64,000 bases of DNA. Origin: Candidatus Aminicenantes bacterium. GTDB taxonomy: Bacteria > Acidobacteriota > Aminicenantia > UBA2199. The position numbers and the translations under genes were made by a program. Positions within the stretch are counted from its first letter, which is position 1. Every line of letters starts with the position of its first letter. Under the pieces are notes generated by a model that saw only the letters and a program-made list of their open reading frames with translations, searched no databases and had not been told where the DNA came from. Below are positions 25,934 through 35,539 of the stretch, piece after piece. The stretch is taken from positions 464,228 through 528,227 of the forward strand of contig CAVXAL010000002.1 of the NCBI GenBank assembly GCA_963759765.1, written 5' to 3'.

Positions 25934-26219
25934 TTTGGTCTGCTCCAGGCGGGCTTTCTGCTCGTCGTCGAGATAGAACTCCTGGATGTCTCGGAAATCA
26001 TCGCGGATCGTGCGCAGCAGATCCTTTCCCGGCCACAGATGGGAGTGTTTGGCCATCGTCCTTATCCGTTCAGTTTTTTCAGGGATTCCAGAATCTGGGT
26101 GACTTCGCCCGCATTGTTCGGGTCGCGCCGGATGTCAACCGCTGGATTGATATACTTTCCCAACAGATGGTAACATGGGGATTGGTTTATCCCCATGGAA
26201 TGAATGAGGAGGCGATCCC

Positions 26220-28211
26220 ATGTCACGAAATCAGTCGGATGTGTTTGGGTTGCGCGTTGGGTTGGTCTTATTCGGTTTTGTGGCGCTGACGCTGCGAGCG
26301 CAGTGGACGCCGGAGGAGATGATGAAAGTGAAAAGCGTGGAAGCGGCCCAGGTTTCACCTGACGGCCAACGTGTCCTGTACACGGTGACAACCCCGCTGA
26401 TGACCGAAAATAAAAGTGAATATCTCACCCAGATCTGGCTGGCGAATGCGGACGGGAAGAATACCTACCAGTTCACATTCGGAGAAAAGTCTTCCACCAA
26501 CCCCCAGTGGTCTCCGGACGGCAAATGGATTGCTTTCACCTCAAGCCGATCTGGGAAAAACAACATCTGGCTCATCCGCCCCGACGGCGGAGAGGCTCAG
26601 CAGCTGACGGACGTCCAGACCGGAGTGGAATCCTTCGCCTGGTCTCCGGATTGCCAACGCATCGCCTTTGTGATGAGCGATCCGCCGAGCGAAAAGGAGG
26701 AGATGGACAAGAAGGCCCTGAACGACGCCCGGCTCTGGCGCCAAGACTACAAGATGAACCACCTCTGGGTGATCCCGGTCGAGCCGAATGCCCGGGGCCA
26801 GCGGGAGGCGAAGCGTCTGACCGCGGGAAATTTTCATGTCAGCGGCGGATTCGACTGGTCGCCAGACGGCAATACCATCGCTTTCACCCATGTGCCCACG
26901 CCGCTGGCCGACGACTGGACCAAGTCCGACATTTCGCTGGTGGACATCGCCAGCGGGGCCATCCGGCCTTGGGTCAACAGCCAAGCCGCCGAAATGAAGC
27001 CGCTTTATTCGCCGGATGGACGGTGGCTCGCCTGCACCATCAGCGACGATCCGCCGAGCTGGCCGAGAACCGAACGGGTAGCACTTGTTCCGGTTGCTGG
27101 CGGCCCCATCCGCAAGCTCCGCCTCACCTTCGACGAACAGCCGGGCTTGATTGGCTGGTCGGCAGACAACAAATGGATCTATTTTTCCGAGACCCAGGGC
27201 ACGGCGACCCGGCTCGGAGCCCTGCCTGTGGATGGCGGCAGGCCCACGATCATCAATCCCAGCGGCAACCTTGTCTTCACAGCCAGCCTGAATGCCGAGC
27301 GCACCATGTTCGGATTGAGTATCCAATCGTGGGACAAACCCCAGGAGGCATTTGTGACTTCCGTCTCCCGCTGGCAGCCGCTGGCGGTGAGTGCGGTCAA
27401 CGCCGATTCCCCCCACCATCCGCTGGGCAGGACCGAGGTTATCCGCTGGCAGGGTTCCGGTAACCTGGATATCGAAGGCCTGCTGACCTATCCGGTCGGC
27501 TACGAGAAGGGCAAGCGTTATCCGTTGCTGTTGGTCATTCACGGCGGCCCGACGAGCGTTTTCTTGCAGAGTTATATTGCCAACCGCGGCACCTATCCCC
27601 TGGCCGCGTTCGCCGCACAAGGGTGGGCGGTTCTGCGCTGCAACATTCGCGGCTCCTCGGGCTATGGCCGGCAATTCCGCTATGCCAACCTGAAGGATTG
27701 GGGAGGCAGGGACTTCCAGGACCTGATGGCGGGCGTGGATCATGTGGTCGCGTTGGGGGTGGCCGACGCGCAGCGGCTGGGCGTGATGGGCTGGAGTTAC
27801 GGTGGCTACATGACCTCGTGGACAATCACCCAGACGAAACGGTTCAAGGCGGCCTCCATCGGCGCACCGGTGACCAACCTGATGAGCTTCACGGGCACAG
27901 CCGACATCCCGGGTTTCATTCCCGATTACTTCGGCGCGGAATTCTGGGACAACGGCGAAATCTACCGGAAACATTCGGCCATGTTCAACATCAAGGGCGC
28001 GACCACGCCGGTGCTGATCCAGCAGGGTGACCGCGACGAACGGGTGCCCATTCAGCAGGGGTATGAGCTTTACAACGCCCTGAAGCGGCAGGGGACAACG
28101 GTCAAGATGATCGTTTATCCGCGGCAGCCGCACGGGATTTCGGAGCCCCGGCTCTTGCTCGATGCGGCACGGCGCAACCTGGAGTGGTTCAAGCAGTATC
28201 TGGGTAAATAG
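26220..28211 (+). CDS. S9-family serine peptidase (prolyl oligopeptidase / acylaminoacyl peptidase type)
   Basis: N-terminal TolB-like propeller repeats (WSPDGKWIAF, WSPDCQRIAF, YSPDGRWLA). C-terminal alpha/beta hydrolase with nucleophile motif GWSYGGYM. RBS GAGGAGG. Confidence 0.9.
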   Translation: MSRNQSDVFGLRVGLVLFGFVALTLRAQWTPEEMMKVKSVEAAQVSPDGQRVLYTVTTPLMTENKSEYLTQIWLANADGKNTYQFTFGEKSSTNPQWSPDGKWIAFTSSRSGKNNIWLIRPDGGEAQQLTDVQTGVESFAWSPDCQRIAFVMSDPPSEKEEMDKKALNDARLWRQDYKMNHLWVIPVEPNARGQREAKRLTAGNFHVSGGFDWSPDGNTIAFTHVPTPLADDWTKSDISLVDIASGAIRPWVNSQAAEMKPLYSPDGRWLACTISDDPPSWPRTERVALVPVAGGPIRKLRLTFDEQPGLIGWSADNKWIYFSETQGTATRLGALPVDGGRPTIINPSGNLVFTASLNAERTMFGLSIQSWDKPQEAFVTSVSRWQPLAVSAVNADSPHHPLGRTEVIRWQGSGNLDIEGLLTYPVGYEKGKRYPLLLVIHGGPTSVFLQSYIANRGTYPLAAFAAQGWAVLRCNIRGSSGYGRQFRYANLKDWGGRDFQDLMAGVDHVVALGVADAQRLGVMGWSYGGYMTSWTITQTKRFKAASIGAPVTNLMSFTGTADIPGFIPDYFGAEFWDNGEIYRKHSAMFNIKGATTPVLIQQGDRDERVPIQQGYELYNALKRQGTTVKMIVYPRQPHGISEPRLLLDAARRNLEWFKQYLGK

Positions 28212-28232
28212 AGCGGCAGCCAGAAAAAGAGA

Positions 28233-28269
28233 TCCCTTTCAGGTTAATGCCCTGGAGAAGGGAATTTTT
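28233..28269 (+). terminator. rho-independent terminator candidate
   Basis: TCCCTTTCAGG-ttaatgc-CCTGGAGAAGGGA bulged hairpin followed by ATTTTT, 22 nt after the peptidase stop. Confidence 0.5.
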
Positions 28270-28299
28270 CAGAAAAAAAGCGCTGACGGATAAAAATGA

Positions 28300-28308
28300 T
28301 GTTATAAT
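28300..28308 (+). promoter_or_regulatory. extended -10 promoter element TGTTATAAT
   Basis: tgt-tataat read directly, about 35 nt upstream of the TPR gene ATG. Confidence 0.4.
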
Positions 28309-28343
28309 ATGATTTATTTCAATCAAAAAAGGAGATTAACGCA

Positions 28344-29495
28344 ATGAAGAAATCGGTTTGGGTGGTGATGCTGAGCCTGCTGCTCGTGGCAGCGGTCTTG
28401 TTTGGCGCCGATGTGTCCAAGGATGCCAAAAAGAAAGTGTCCAAAGCGGAAAAGGCATTGAAGGAAAAAGATTATGAGCAAGCCATCGCCTTGTGCCAAG
28501 AAGCGATTCAGGCCGAGCCGGGCTTTGCCAAAGCGTATGCGGTGGCCGGTCAGGTGTTGCTGGCTCAGGGGAAAATGGCCGAAGCCGCAGACAAGTTGGA
28601 AAAAGTCGTGAGCTTGGAACCGGCCAATGCCCAGGCGGCGGATAGTTACGCCAAGACGGTTTACAAGCTGGGCATGGATTGGCAGCAAAAACAGGACGCC
28701 GCCAAATCAAATGAGTACCTGCTCAAGTTCCTGGCTATCCCCAAAGTGGACAGCCTTTACAAAAAACCGTTCGTCACCGCGCTTTACTACTCGGGCAACA
28801 ATTATCTGCAGCAAAGGGATTTTGAAAAGAGCAGTGCCACTTTTGTCAAGTTGATCCAAGTGCCCGGCGTGGCCACGGATATGGCCGAGGTGTATGCCAA
28901 TGCCCTTTATATGGCGGGCAATACCTTCGGCCGTTTGGGGAAATTCGAAAAGTCGAATCAATACCTGAATCAATTTCTCGATTTTAATAAGGGCAAGCCG
29001 GCCGATCAATGGTCGGCGGCAGCCAATTATCTGATTGGGTTTAATTATTATTCGAAGTTGAATCAGCAGGTGGATAAGATCAAAGCCGAACCGCTCAGCA
29101 AGGAAAGCCAGGAGAAGATCACCAAAATCCAGACCGAAAAAGATAAAGTGACCAAGAGCAACCGCCGGGATAAGAAAGAGCAGCTGGCCAAGCTGGACAG
29201 CGATATCACGGCGGTGGTCAACGAGGAAACAGCAATCAAAAAGGGGAAAATCGCCGCTGCCGCCAAAGAAGCCGGCGCCGTGGTCACCTATTTCTCCAAG
29301 GCCATTGAGCAGAAGCCGGACCTGGAAGACGCCTATGTGCAGCTGGGCAACTATTATTATTGGTTGCAGAGCTTGGACGAGGCGATCAAGGTGTACAAGA
29401 CACTGATTGAAAAATTCCCTGCATCAGCGAACATTAACACCTACAAGAATTTCGAGCAGCAGGTCCTGGAAAAGGAAAAAGCCCAGAAGAAATAG
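28344..29495 (+). CDS. secreted TPR-repeat protein
   Basis: Signal peptide MKKSVWVVMLSLLLVAAVLFGA. TPR-like helices (YEQAIALCQEAIQAEPGFAKAYAVAGQVLLAQGKMAEA; DAYVQLGNYYYWLQSLDEAIKVYKTLIEKFP). Confidence 0.75.
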   Translation: MKKSVWVVMLSLLLVAAVLFGADVSKDAKKKVSKAEKALKEKDYEQAIALCQEAIQAEPGFAKAYAVAGQVLLAQGKMAEAADKLEKVVSLEPANAQAADSYAKTVYKLGMDWQQKQDAAKSNEYLLKFLAIPKVDSLYKKPFVTALYYSGNNYLQQRDFEKSSATFVKLIQVPGVATDMAEVYANALYMAGNTFGRLGKFEKSNQYLNQFLDFNKGKPADQWSAAANYLIGFNYYSKLNQQVDKIKAEPLSKESQEKITKIQTEKDKVTKSNRRDKKEQLAKLDSDITAVVNEETAIKKGKIAAAAKEAGAVVTYFSKAIEQKPDLEDAYVQLGNYYYWLQSLDEAIKVYKTLIEKFPASANINTYKNFEQQVLEKEKAQKK

Positions 29496-29504
29496 TTGTA
29501 AATT

Positions 29505-30820
29505 TTATTTTTGCGACTGCCGTTTTCTTCCGGCGGTCAATGACTGAGCGAGAAGCTCAATAACAAAAAGCGTTTGCTGCGAGTGACCGTGCTGCAGCAG
29601 ATTGTCCCGGATGTGCAGCACGCAGGTGGGACAGGCGGTGGCCACCAGAGTCGCCGCGGTTTCTTGAATGCGCTGAACCTTGTGTTCATTGATAGCCAGG
29701 GCCGTTTGATAATGGGTTAGCGAATAGCTGCCGGCGCTGCCGCAGCAGGAATCGGCCTCGGCCATTTCCCGGTAAACCAAGCCGGGAATCAGCTGCAGCA
29801 GGCGCCGCGGCTCCTGGCGAATTCCCTGACCGCGGCTCAGGTGGCAAGGATCGTGATAGGTGACGACTCCCGGCATCTCTCCCAAATCGGCGGGATCAAT
29901 CGCGATGAAACGGTCGATGAATTCATAAATGTCATAGACTTTTTTTGAGAATTCCTGAACCTCTTTGCAGGCGGGAAGCAGACGTTGGCTTTCTTGCTTG
30001 AGAGCCAGACCGCAGGAGGAGCAGGCCGTGACAATGGCGTCCAGCCGGTAGCGCTGGAACAGCTGGAAATTATAGCGCAGCAATCGCTGACTCCCTGGAA
30101 GTCGCCGTTGACCAGTGCCGGCATGCCGTCGCATTTCTGCTTTTTGGGGATGACCACCTGGCAGCCATGATGGGTCAGCACGGTGACCACGGCGCGCACC
30201 ACCTCCGGGTAAATCAGGTTGGCAGCACAGCCCACAAAATAGCCGACTCGCCAGCGGCTTCCGCCTTGGCGGGGTGAAACAACCTCGGGGTAGAGCCCGA
30301 GCCCTGAGCGCAGCGCAAACCGAGGCAAGTTGCGGCGCCGCGACAGGCCGAACAGAGGGAAAAGGAGCCGCAGCGGGTTTTTGGCGTTGCTTCCCAGAAA
30401 AAGCCGCTGAGCGACGGCGATGGTTTTGGCACTTAGCGTCAGCGGCCAGCGCCACTGCAGCAGCAGACGGAAGATGAAACGTCGAGCAAGGCCCAGCCCT
30501 TTCTGCTCGGTCAGGTGCCAGCGCAGGCCCAAGATCACCTCTTCGACGTGAACGCCGGACGGGCAATTGACTGAGCAGGTGCGGCAGACCAGGCATTCGG
30601 CAATGGCCTGCCGCGCACGCGGTGTCAAGGTGAATTCGCCCTGGGCGATTTTTTCGGCCAGCTTGATTTTGCCCCGGGCGGAGAAAAGCTCGTTCTGCAA
30701 TTCCCGGAATACCGGACAGACCGAACGGCATTTGCCGCATTTCATGCAGCGCTCCAGTTCCGCTGCCACCCGCGCCAGATGGTCTTGCGTGCGCACCCCC
30801 CTGTGGCGCTTCCGGCTCAT
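29505..30820 (-). pseudogene. glcF: (Fe-S)-binding GlcF-like subunit, single frame break
   Basis: Two ferredoxin-type clusters (CMKCGKCRSVCP, CLVCRTCSVNCP) and CCG-domain-like motifs (GCAANL; DPCHL; TACPTC). ORFs 29837-30820 and 29505-30740 join at ...GMPALVNGDFQ|.SQRLLRYNFQLFQRYRLDAIVTAC, with the break at 30091-30095. Confidence 0.7.
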
Positions 30821-32193
30821 GCGACGATTTTTCCGGGATTGAGGATGCCGTTGGGATCCAAACTGGACTTTATTTTTTTTATCAACTCGATTCCGGCCTC
30901 CCCCAGCTGGCGTTTGAGGAAAGGTCTCTTCTCGATGCCGATGCCGTGCTCGCCGGAGATGGTCCCATCCAGCTGCAGGGTTAACTCGAACAGTTCATCA
31001 ACCGCCTGTTCCAGGCGGGCCACCTGTGCCGGATCTTTTTTGTCGAACAGGAAGGTGGGGTGCAGGTTGCCGTCACCGGCGTGTCCGAAGGTGCCAATGA
31101 GCAAGTTGTACTTTTGGGCAATCCGGTCAATGCCGCGCAGCAGATCCGGAACCCGGCTGCGCAGCACCGTGGCATCCTCGAGTAAGGTGGTGGGACTCAG
31201 GCGGGTCAGGGCCGACAGAGCCGCTCGCCGGCCTTCCAAAAGCCTTTCGCGTTCGGCCGCAGTTGCAGGACGCAGGATAGAATCGGCGCCGTTGCGGTGC
31301 GCCAAGGCTGAGACTTGTTGCATCTCTTTTTCCGCCGTTTCTCGGTGACCGTCGGTTTCAATGAGCAGCACCGCAGCGGCGGAGCGAGGGTAGTGGCTGG
31401 GTTGGAAATCTTCGATGGCCTGGATGGTCAAGCGGTCGAGGATTTCCAGGGTCGCAGGGGTCACGCCGGCGGCGATGATCGCGGCCACGGTCTGGCCGGC
31501 CGCTTCCAGGGTGGGGAAGGCGGCCAAAGCGGTCTCGCGGTGCTCGGGCAACGGCAGCAAAGAGAGAGTGATCTGAGTGAACACTCCCAGCGTTCCCTCG
31601 CTGCCCACCAGCAACTGTTCCAGGTTGAGGCCGGCCACATGCTTGATCGTAGGACTGCCCAAGCGCACCGTTTCACCGGTGGGCAACACCGTGTGCAGCA
31701 CCTTCACATAATCCTTGGTCACCCCGTATTTGAGACCGCGCAGCCCACCGGCGTTTTCCGCCACGTTGCCGCCAATGGTTGAGAAGCCGACGCTGCCCGG
31801 ATCCGGGGGATAAAAGAGCCCGTGGGCCGCCGCTGCCGTGTCGATGTCGGCGGTGACCACACCGGGTTGAACGGTAATCAAACGGTTGGCCGGGTCGAGG
31901 GCGACCAGCCGATTCAGCCGTTCGAGGGAGAGCACCACGCCGCCGTGGATGGGAACCGAACCCCCCGACAGTCCGCTGCCCGCCCCGCGGGGGGTGATGG
32001 GAAGTTTCTCGGCATTGGCCAGGCGCAGCAGCGCGGATATTTGTTCTTCCGTGCGGGCAAAAACCACAGCCTCGGGTATGAACTCGATGCGGGCCGCATC
32101 GTAGCTGTAGCTGAGCAGGGTTTCCGGATCGCTCAGCACAAAACCTTTCCCGAACAGCCGGTTCAGCTCCTTGAGGATATTTGGTTTCAGCAT
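30817..32193 (-). CDS. glcD: FAD-linked oxidase, GlcD / D-lactate dehydrogenase type
   Basis: 458 aa with an FAD-binding PCMH domain (LPITPRGAGSGLSGGSVP) and a C-terminal FAD-oxidase domain (GTISGEHGIGIEK...LDPNGILNPGK). Overlaps the glcF-like start by 4 nt. Confidence 0.85.
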   Translation of the reverse strand: MLKPNILKELNRLFGKGFVLSDPETLLSYSYDAARIEFIPEAVVFARTEEQISALLRLANAEKLPITPRGAGSGLSGGSVPIHGGVVLSLERLNRLVALDPANRLITVQPGVVTADIDTAAAAHGLFYPPDPGSVGFSTIGGNVAENAGGLRGLKYGVTKDYVKVLHTVLPTGETVRLGSPTIKHVAGLNLEQLLVGSEGTLGVFTQITLSLLPLPEHRETALAAFPTLEAAGQTVAAIIAAGVTPATLEILDRLTIQAIEDFQPSHYPRSAAAVLLIETDGHRETAEKEMQQVSALAHRNGADSILRPATAAERERLLEGRRAALSALTRLSPTTLLEDATVLRSRVPDLLRGIDRIAQKYNLLIGTFGHAGDGNLHPTFLFDKKDPAQVARLEQAVDELFELTLQLDGTISGEHGIGIEKRPFLKRQLGEAGIELIKKIKSSLDPNGILNPGKIVA

Positions 32194-32239
32194 GACGGGA
32201 GCGTGCCTCCGGATGAACCATAGCCTTTTTGTCCTGTTT

Positions 32240-32267
32240 TTGCAACCGCATCCCGATGTTGTATAAT
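32240..32267 (+). promoter_or_regulatory. sigma70-type promoter TTGCAA-N16-TATAAT
   Basis: Read directly in the 107-bp divergent spacer between glcD and kdgK. Confidence 0.5.
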
Positions 32268-32300
32268 GGAGGAAATGGAAATTGCAGAGGAGTTGGCGCG

Positions 32301-33323
32301 ATGGGAGTGATTGTCACGTTTGGGGAGCTGCTCTTGCGGCTGGCTGCGCCCGGCAAAGAGATGCTGTTGCAATCGCCGCTGTTCGAGGTGTGTGTCGGGG
32401 GCGGCGAAGCCAACGTGGCCGTGGCCTTGGCCCATTGGGGTTATGAACCGCGTTACTTGAGCGTGGTGCCGGATAATGAGCTGGGGGCGGCAGCGCTGGC
32501 CGAGTTGCGCCGATTCGGGGTTGATACCGCGTCGGTGGTCAGAAAGGGCGAACGCGTCGGCCTCTATTTTGCCGAGTCGGGGGCCAATCAGCGGCCCGCC
32601 AAGGTGATTTACGACCGGGCGCACTCGGCCTTGGCCGAGGCCCAGACCGGGGCTATTGACTGGAAACGAGTATTGGCGGACGCGAGCTGGTTTCACACCA
32701 GCGGCATCACCCCTGCGGTCAGCGCCAGCGCTGCCGCGTTGACACTGGAAGCGGTGCAGGAAGCCCGGCGTCTGGGCGTCACGGTTTCGCTGGACCTCAA
32801 TTACCGGGCCAAGCTCTGGAAATACGGCAAACGCGCACCCGAGGTGATGACCAACATTGTCCGCGGGATCGATATCCTGATGGCCAATGAAGAGGACTGC
32901 CAGCGGGCGCTGGGTATTGGCGCGGCCGTGTTGGAACGAAAGATTGAACTGAAAAAATATGAAGAACTGACTCGCCAGGTGCAGGTCGCTTTCCCGCAGC
33001 TGAAAAAAATCGCCATCACCCTGAGGGAAAGCCACAGCGCCGATCACAACGACTGGTCGGCGGTGCTGCGTAGCGGCGACCGCTTCCTGGTTTCGAAGAA
33101 ATACGAAATCCGTCACATTGTCGACCGCATCGGTGCCGGCGACGCCTTTGCGGCCGGGCTGATTCACGGCCTGCTTCGCTGGCCGGACGATGCGCAGGCA
33201 TTGGAGTTTGCCGTGGCCGCTTCCTGCCTGAAGCATTCCCTGCCTGGCGATTTCAGCCGCGTCAGCGAGAAAGAAGTGCTGGACCTGCTCGCCGGGGAAG
33301 AGTCCGGGCGGGTGCGGCGCTGA
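32301..33323 (+). CDS. kdgK: 2-dehydro-3-deoxygluconokinase (PfkB family)
   Basis: The internal ATG gives MGVIVTFGELLLRLAAPG. The C-terminal motif is DRIGAGDAFAAGLIHG. Adjacent to eda. Confidence 0.8.
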   Translation: MGVIVTFGELLLRLAAPGKEMLLQSPLFEVCVGGGEANVAVALAHWGYEPRYLSVVPDNELGAAALAELRRFGVDTASVVRKGERVGLYFAESGANQRPAKVIYDRAHSALAEAQTGAIDWKRVLADASWFHTSGITPAVSASAAALTLEAVQEARRLGVTVSLDLNYRAKLWKYGKRAPEVMTNIVRGIDILMANEEDCQRALGIGAAVLERKIELKKYEELTRQVQVAFPQLKKIAITLRESHSADHNDWSAVLRSGDRFLVSKKYEIRHIVDRIGAGDAFAAGLIHGLLRWPDDAQALEFAVAASCLKHSLPGDFSRVSEKEVLDLLAGEESGRVRR

Positions 33324-33335
33324 GGGGTGCGAAAC

Positions 33336-33977
33336 ATGTCGAAAAAAAACGAGGTCCTGCAAACCATTTTTCAAACGCGGCTGATAGCCGTGATCCGATT
33401 GGTCGAAAACGAGAAGCTGCTGCCCGCCTGTGAGGCGCTTCAGGCCGGAGGGGTGAAAGCCCTGGAAATCACTTTGACCATGCCGAATCCTCTGGAGACC
33501 ATCCGTCAATTGAGTAGCCGCAAGGCCGCGGGCACGATCGTGGGTGCCGGCAGTGTGCTGGATGCCGAGACCGCGCGGGCGGCCATTTTGGCCGGAGCTG
33601 AATTTGTCGTTTCCCCGGTTACCAACCACGGCATGATCCGCTTGTGCAACCGCTACGGCGTGGCGGTGGTGGCCGGCGCACTGACGCCCACCGAGATTGT
33701 TACTGCCTGGCAACTGGGTGCCGATATCGTAAAAATATTTCCCGCCTCCTCCCTGGGGCCCCGCTACATCAAGGATATCAAAGCCCCCTTGCCGCAGGTG
33801 GAACTGATGCCCACCGGCGGCGTCACCCTGGAGAATGCAGCCGAATTCATCCGCAGCGGAGCCTGCGGCGTGGCTATGGGTAGCGAACTGCTGGACAAGG
33901 CCATGATCGCCGCACAGAACTGGATGGCGTTAACCGAAAGGGCCCGCCAGCTGCTGGCGGCACTGGCAGTCAAGTAA
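33336..33977 (+). CDS. eda: KDPG / 4-hydroxy-2-oxoglutarate aldolase
   Basis: LIAVIRL...AGGVKALEITLTMPN...GAGSVLDAETARAAILAGAEFVVSP...KIFPA...GGV is the class I KDPG aldolase pattern. Confidence 0.85.
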   Translation: MSKKNEVLQTIFQTRLIAVIRLVENEKLLPACEALQAGGVKALEITLTMPNPLETIRQLSSRKAAGTIVGAGSVLDAETARAAILAGAEFVVSPVTNHGMIRLCNRYGVAVVAGALTPTEIVTAWQLGADIVKIFPASSLGPRYIKDIKAPLPQVELMPTGGVTLENAAEFIRSGACGVAMGSELLDKAMIAAQNWMALTERARQLLAALAVK

Positions 33978-34067
33978 GGGCTATGGCGTTCTTGACAGGA
34001 TTTAAAAAAAGAATTAACTTTATGACTTTGTATTATCCAAATTGATCGAGATAATCTGGAGGTAGCA

Positions 34068-34268
34068 ATGGCAACCAGGAAAATTGTCAAACGGACAAGG
34101 AAGCCAGTCAAAAAAACGATGAAAAAGCCGGCCGCCAAGGCGGTCAAAAAAGGCGCTCGCTATGCCTGTGGGGTGTGCGGGCTGGTGGTGGCCGTGGATC
34201 AGGCGTGCGGCTGCAGTGAAGCCCATGAACTGATCTGCTGCGACAGAGTGATGAAAAAGAAAAAATAA
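34068..34268 (+). CDS. small Lys-rich protein with a desulforedoxin-like Cys motif
   Basis: 66 aa, RBS GGAGG. YACGVCGLVVAVDQACGCSEAHELICCDRVM resembles the desulforedoxin pattern Y.C..CG..V.V......L.CCG..M, except that D replaces G after CC. Confidence 0.5.
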   Translation: MATRKIVKRTRKPVKKTMKKPAAKAVKKGARYACGVCGLVVAVDQACGCSEAHELICCDRVMKKKK

Positions 34269-34361
34269 TTCAGCAAGCGGAAAGCATCCCGAATTGGACT
34301 ATTTTTTTACTGAAGCGCAACGAGCTGGCCTCTCTGTTTAAACGCTGCGTTGCCCGTTGAA

Positions 34362-35507
34362 ATGAAAAGGATTTTTACCATATTGGGGACCCGGCCAGAG
34401 GCTATCAAATTGGCGCCGCTTATTTTGCGGCTGAACGCCATGCCCGGCCGCATCCAGCAAACGGTCTGTGTCACCGCCCAGCATCGCCAGATGCTGGATC
34501 AGGTCTTGTCCGTTTTCCGAATCTCTCCCGATCTGGACCTGCGGGTGATGAAGAAGAACCAGGGGATCTTTGATGTCACCACGGCCGTGCTGACCCGCTT
34601 GCAGCGCGTCCTGTCCGTCGGCAGACCAGATCTGGTTCTGGTTCAAGGGGACACGACCACCGCCATGGCCGCCGGGTTGGCTGCGTTTTACCTGCAAATC
34701 CCGGTGGCCCACGTGGAAGCCGGCCTGCGCACCTATGACAAGTACCAGCCTTTCCCCGAGGAAATCAATCGCCATGTGCTGGGGGTGCTGGCCGATTACC
34801 ACTTTGCCCCGACCGAGAACGCCCGCGTCAACCTGCTCGGCGAAGGCGTGCCGTCCGAGCGAATCTGGGTAACCGGCAATACCGTGATTGACGCGCTGCT
34901 GCAGGTGGCGGCCCGGCAGAAAAGGAAGAGTCAGGTTGAGAAATGGATCGCCTATTTTCATGCCCACTGGAATTTACGGCTGGCGGCCGCGGATACTGCT
35001 GAAAAGATCATTTTGGTCACCGGCCACCGCCGCGAGAACTTCGGTCGAGGTTTTGAATCCATCTGCCGGGCGTTGAGGGAAATCGTCCGGCGGCATCCAC
35101 CCTGCCGCATCGTTTATCCGCTGCATCTCAACCCGCGTGTGCAGGAGCCGGTGCGCCGCATCCTTGGCCGTGAACCCCGCGTCCACCTGCTGCCGCCGCT
35201 CGCTTACGAGCCCTTCGTCTTTTTAATGAGCCGCGCCCACCTTGTCCTGACCGACTCGGGGGGTATTCAGGAAGAAGCGCCCTCCTTGGGCAAACCGGTA
35301 CTGGTCATGCGCGAGGTGACCGAGCGGCCGGAAGGCGTGACAGCCGGCACGGTGCGTCTGGTGGGAACCGTCCAAGAGCGCATCGTGTCGGAAACGCTGC
35401 GGCTGCTGTCCAGCCGCGCGGCCTATGAACGGATGGCGCGGGCGGTGAATCCCTACGGGGACGGAAAAGCAACCTCGCGGATTGTGCGTGTCTTATGCCG
35501 ATTGTAA
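34362..35507 (+). CDS. wecB: UDP-N-acetylglucosamine 2-epimerase (non-hydrolysing)
   Basis: MKRIFTILGTRPEAIKLAPL...VTAQHRQMLDQV...VLVQGDTTT...HVEAGLRT...PFPEE...DSGGIQEEAPSLGKPVLVMR. Confidence 0.9.
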   Translation: MKRIFTILGTRPEAIKLAPLILRLNAMPGRIQQTVCVTAQHRQMLDQVLSVFRISPDLDLRVMKKNQGIFDVTTAVLTRLQRVLSVGRPDLVLVQGDTTTAMAAGLAAFYLQIPVAHVEAGLRTYDKYQPFPEEINRHVLGVLADYHFAPTENARVNLLGEGVPSERIWVTGNTVIDALLQVAARQKRKSQVEKWIAYFHAHWNLRLAAADTAEKIILVTGHRRENFGRGFESICRALREIVRRHPPCRIVYPLHLNPRVQEPVRRILGREPRVHLLPPLAYEPFVFLMSRAHLVLTDSGGIQEEAPSLGKPVLVMREVTERPEGVTAGTVRLVGTVQERIVSETLRLLSSRAAYERMARAVNPYGDGKATSRIVRVLCRL

Positions 35508-35539
35508 ACACTGCTTCAGTTGCGGATAAAAAAAAGGGG

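Noticed and set aside
25283-26056. 257-aa reverse-strand ORF overlapping ynbE and ydbL.
   Set aside because: Only the first 41 codons lie outside the ynbE/ydbL genes and look protein-like. The remainder is antisense to two well-supported genes. Kept only as a gene-fragment observation.
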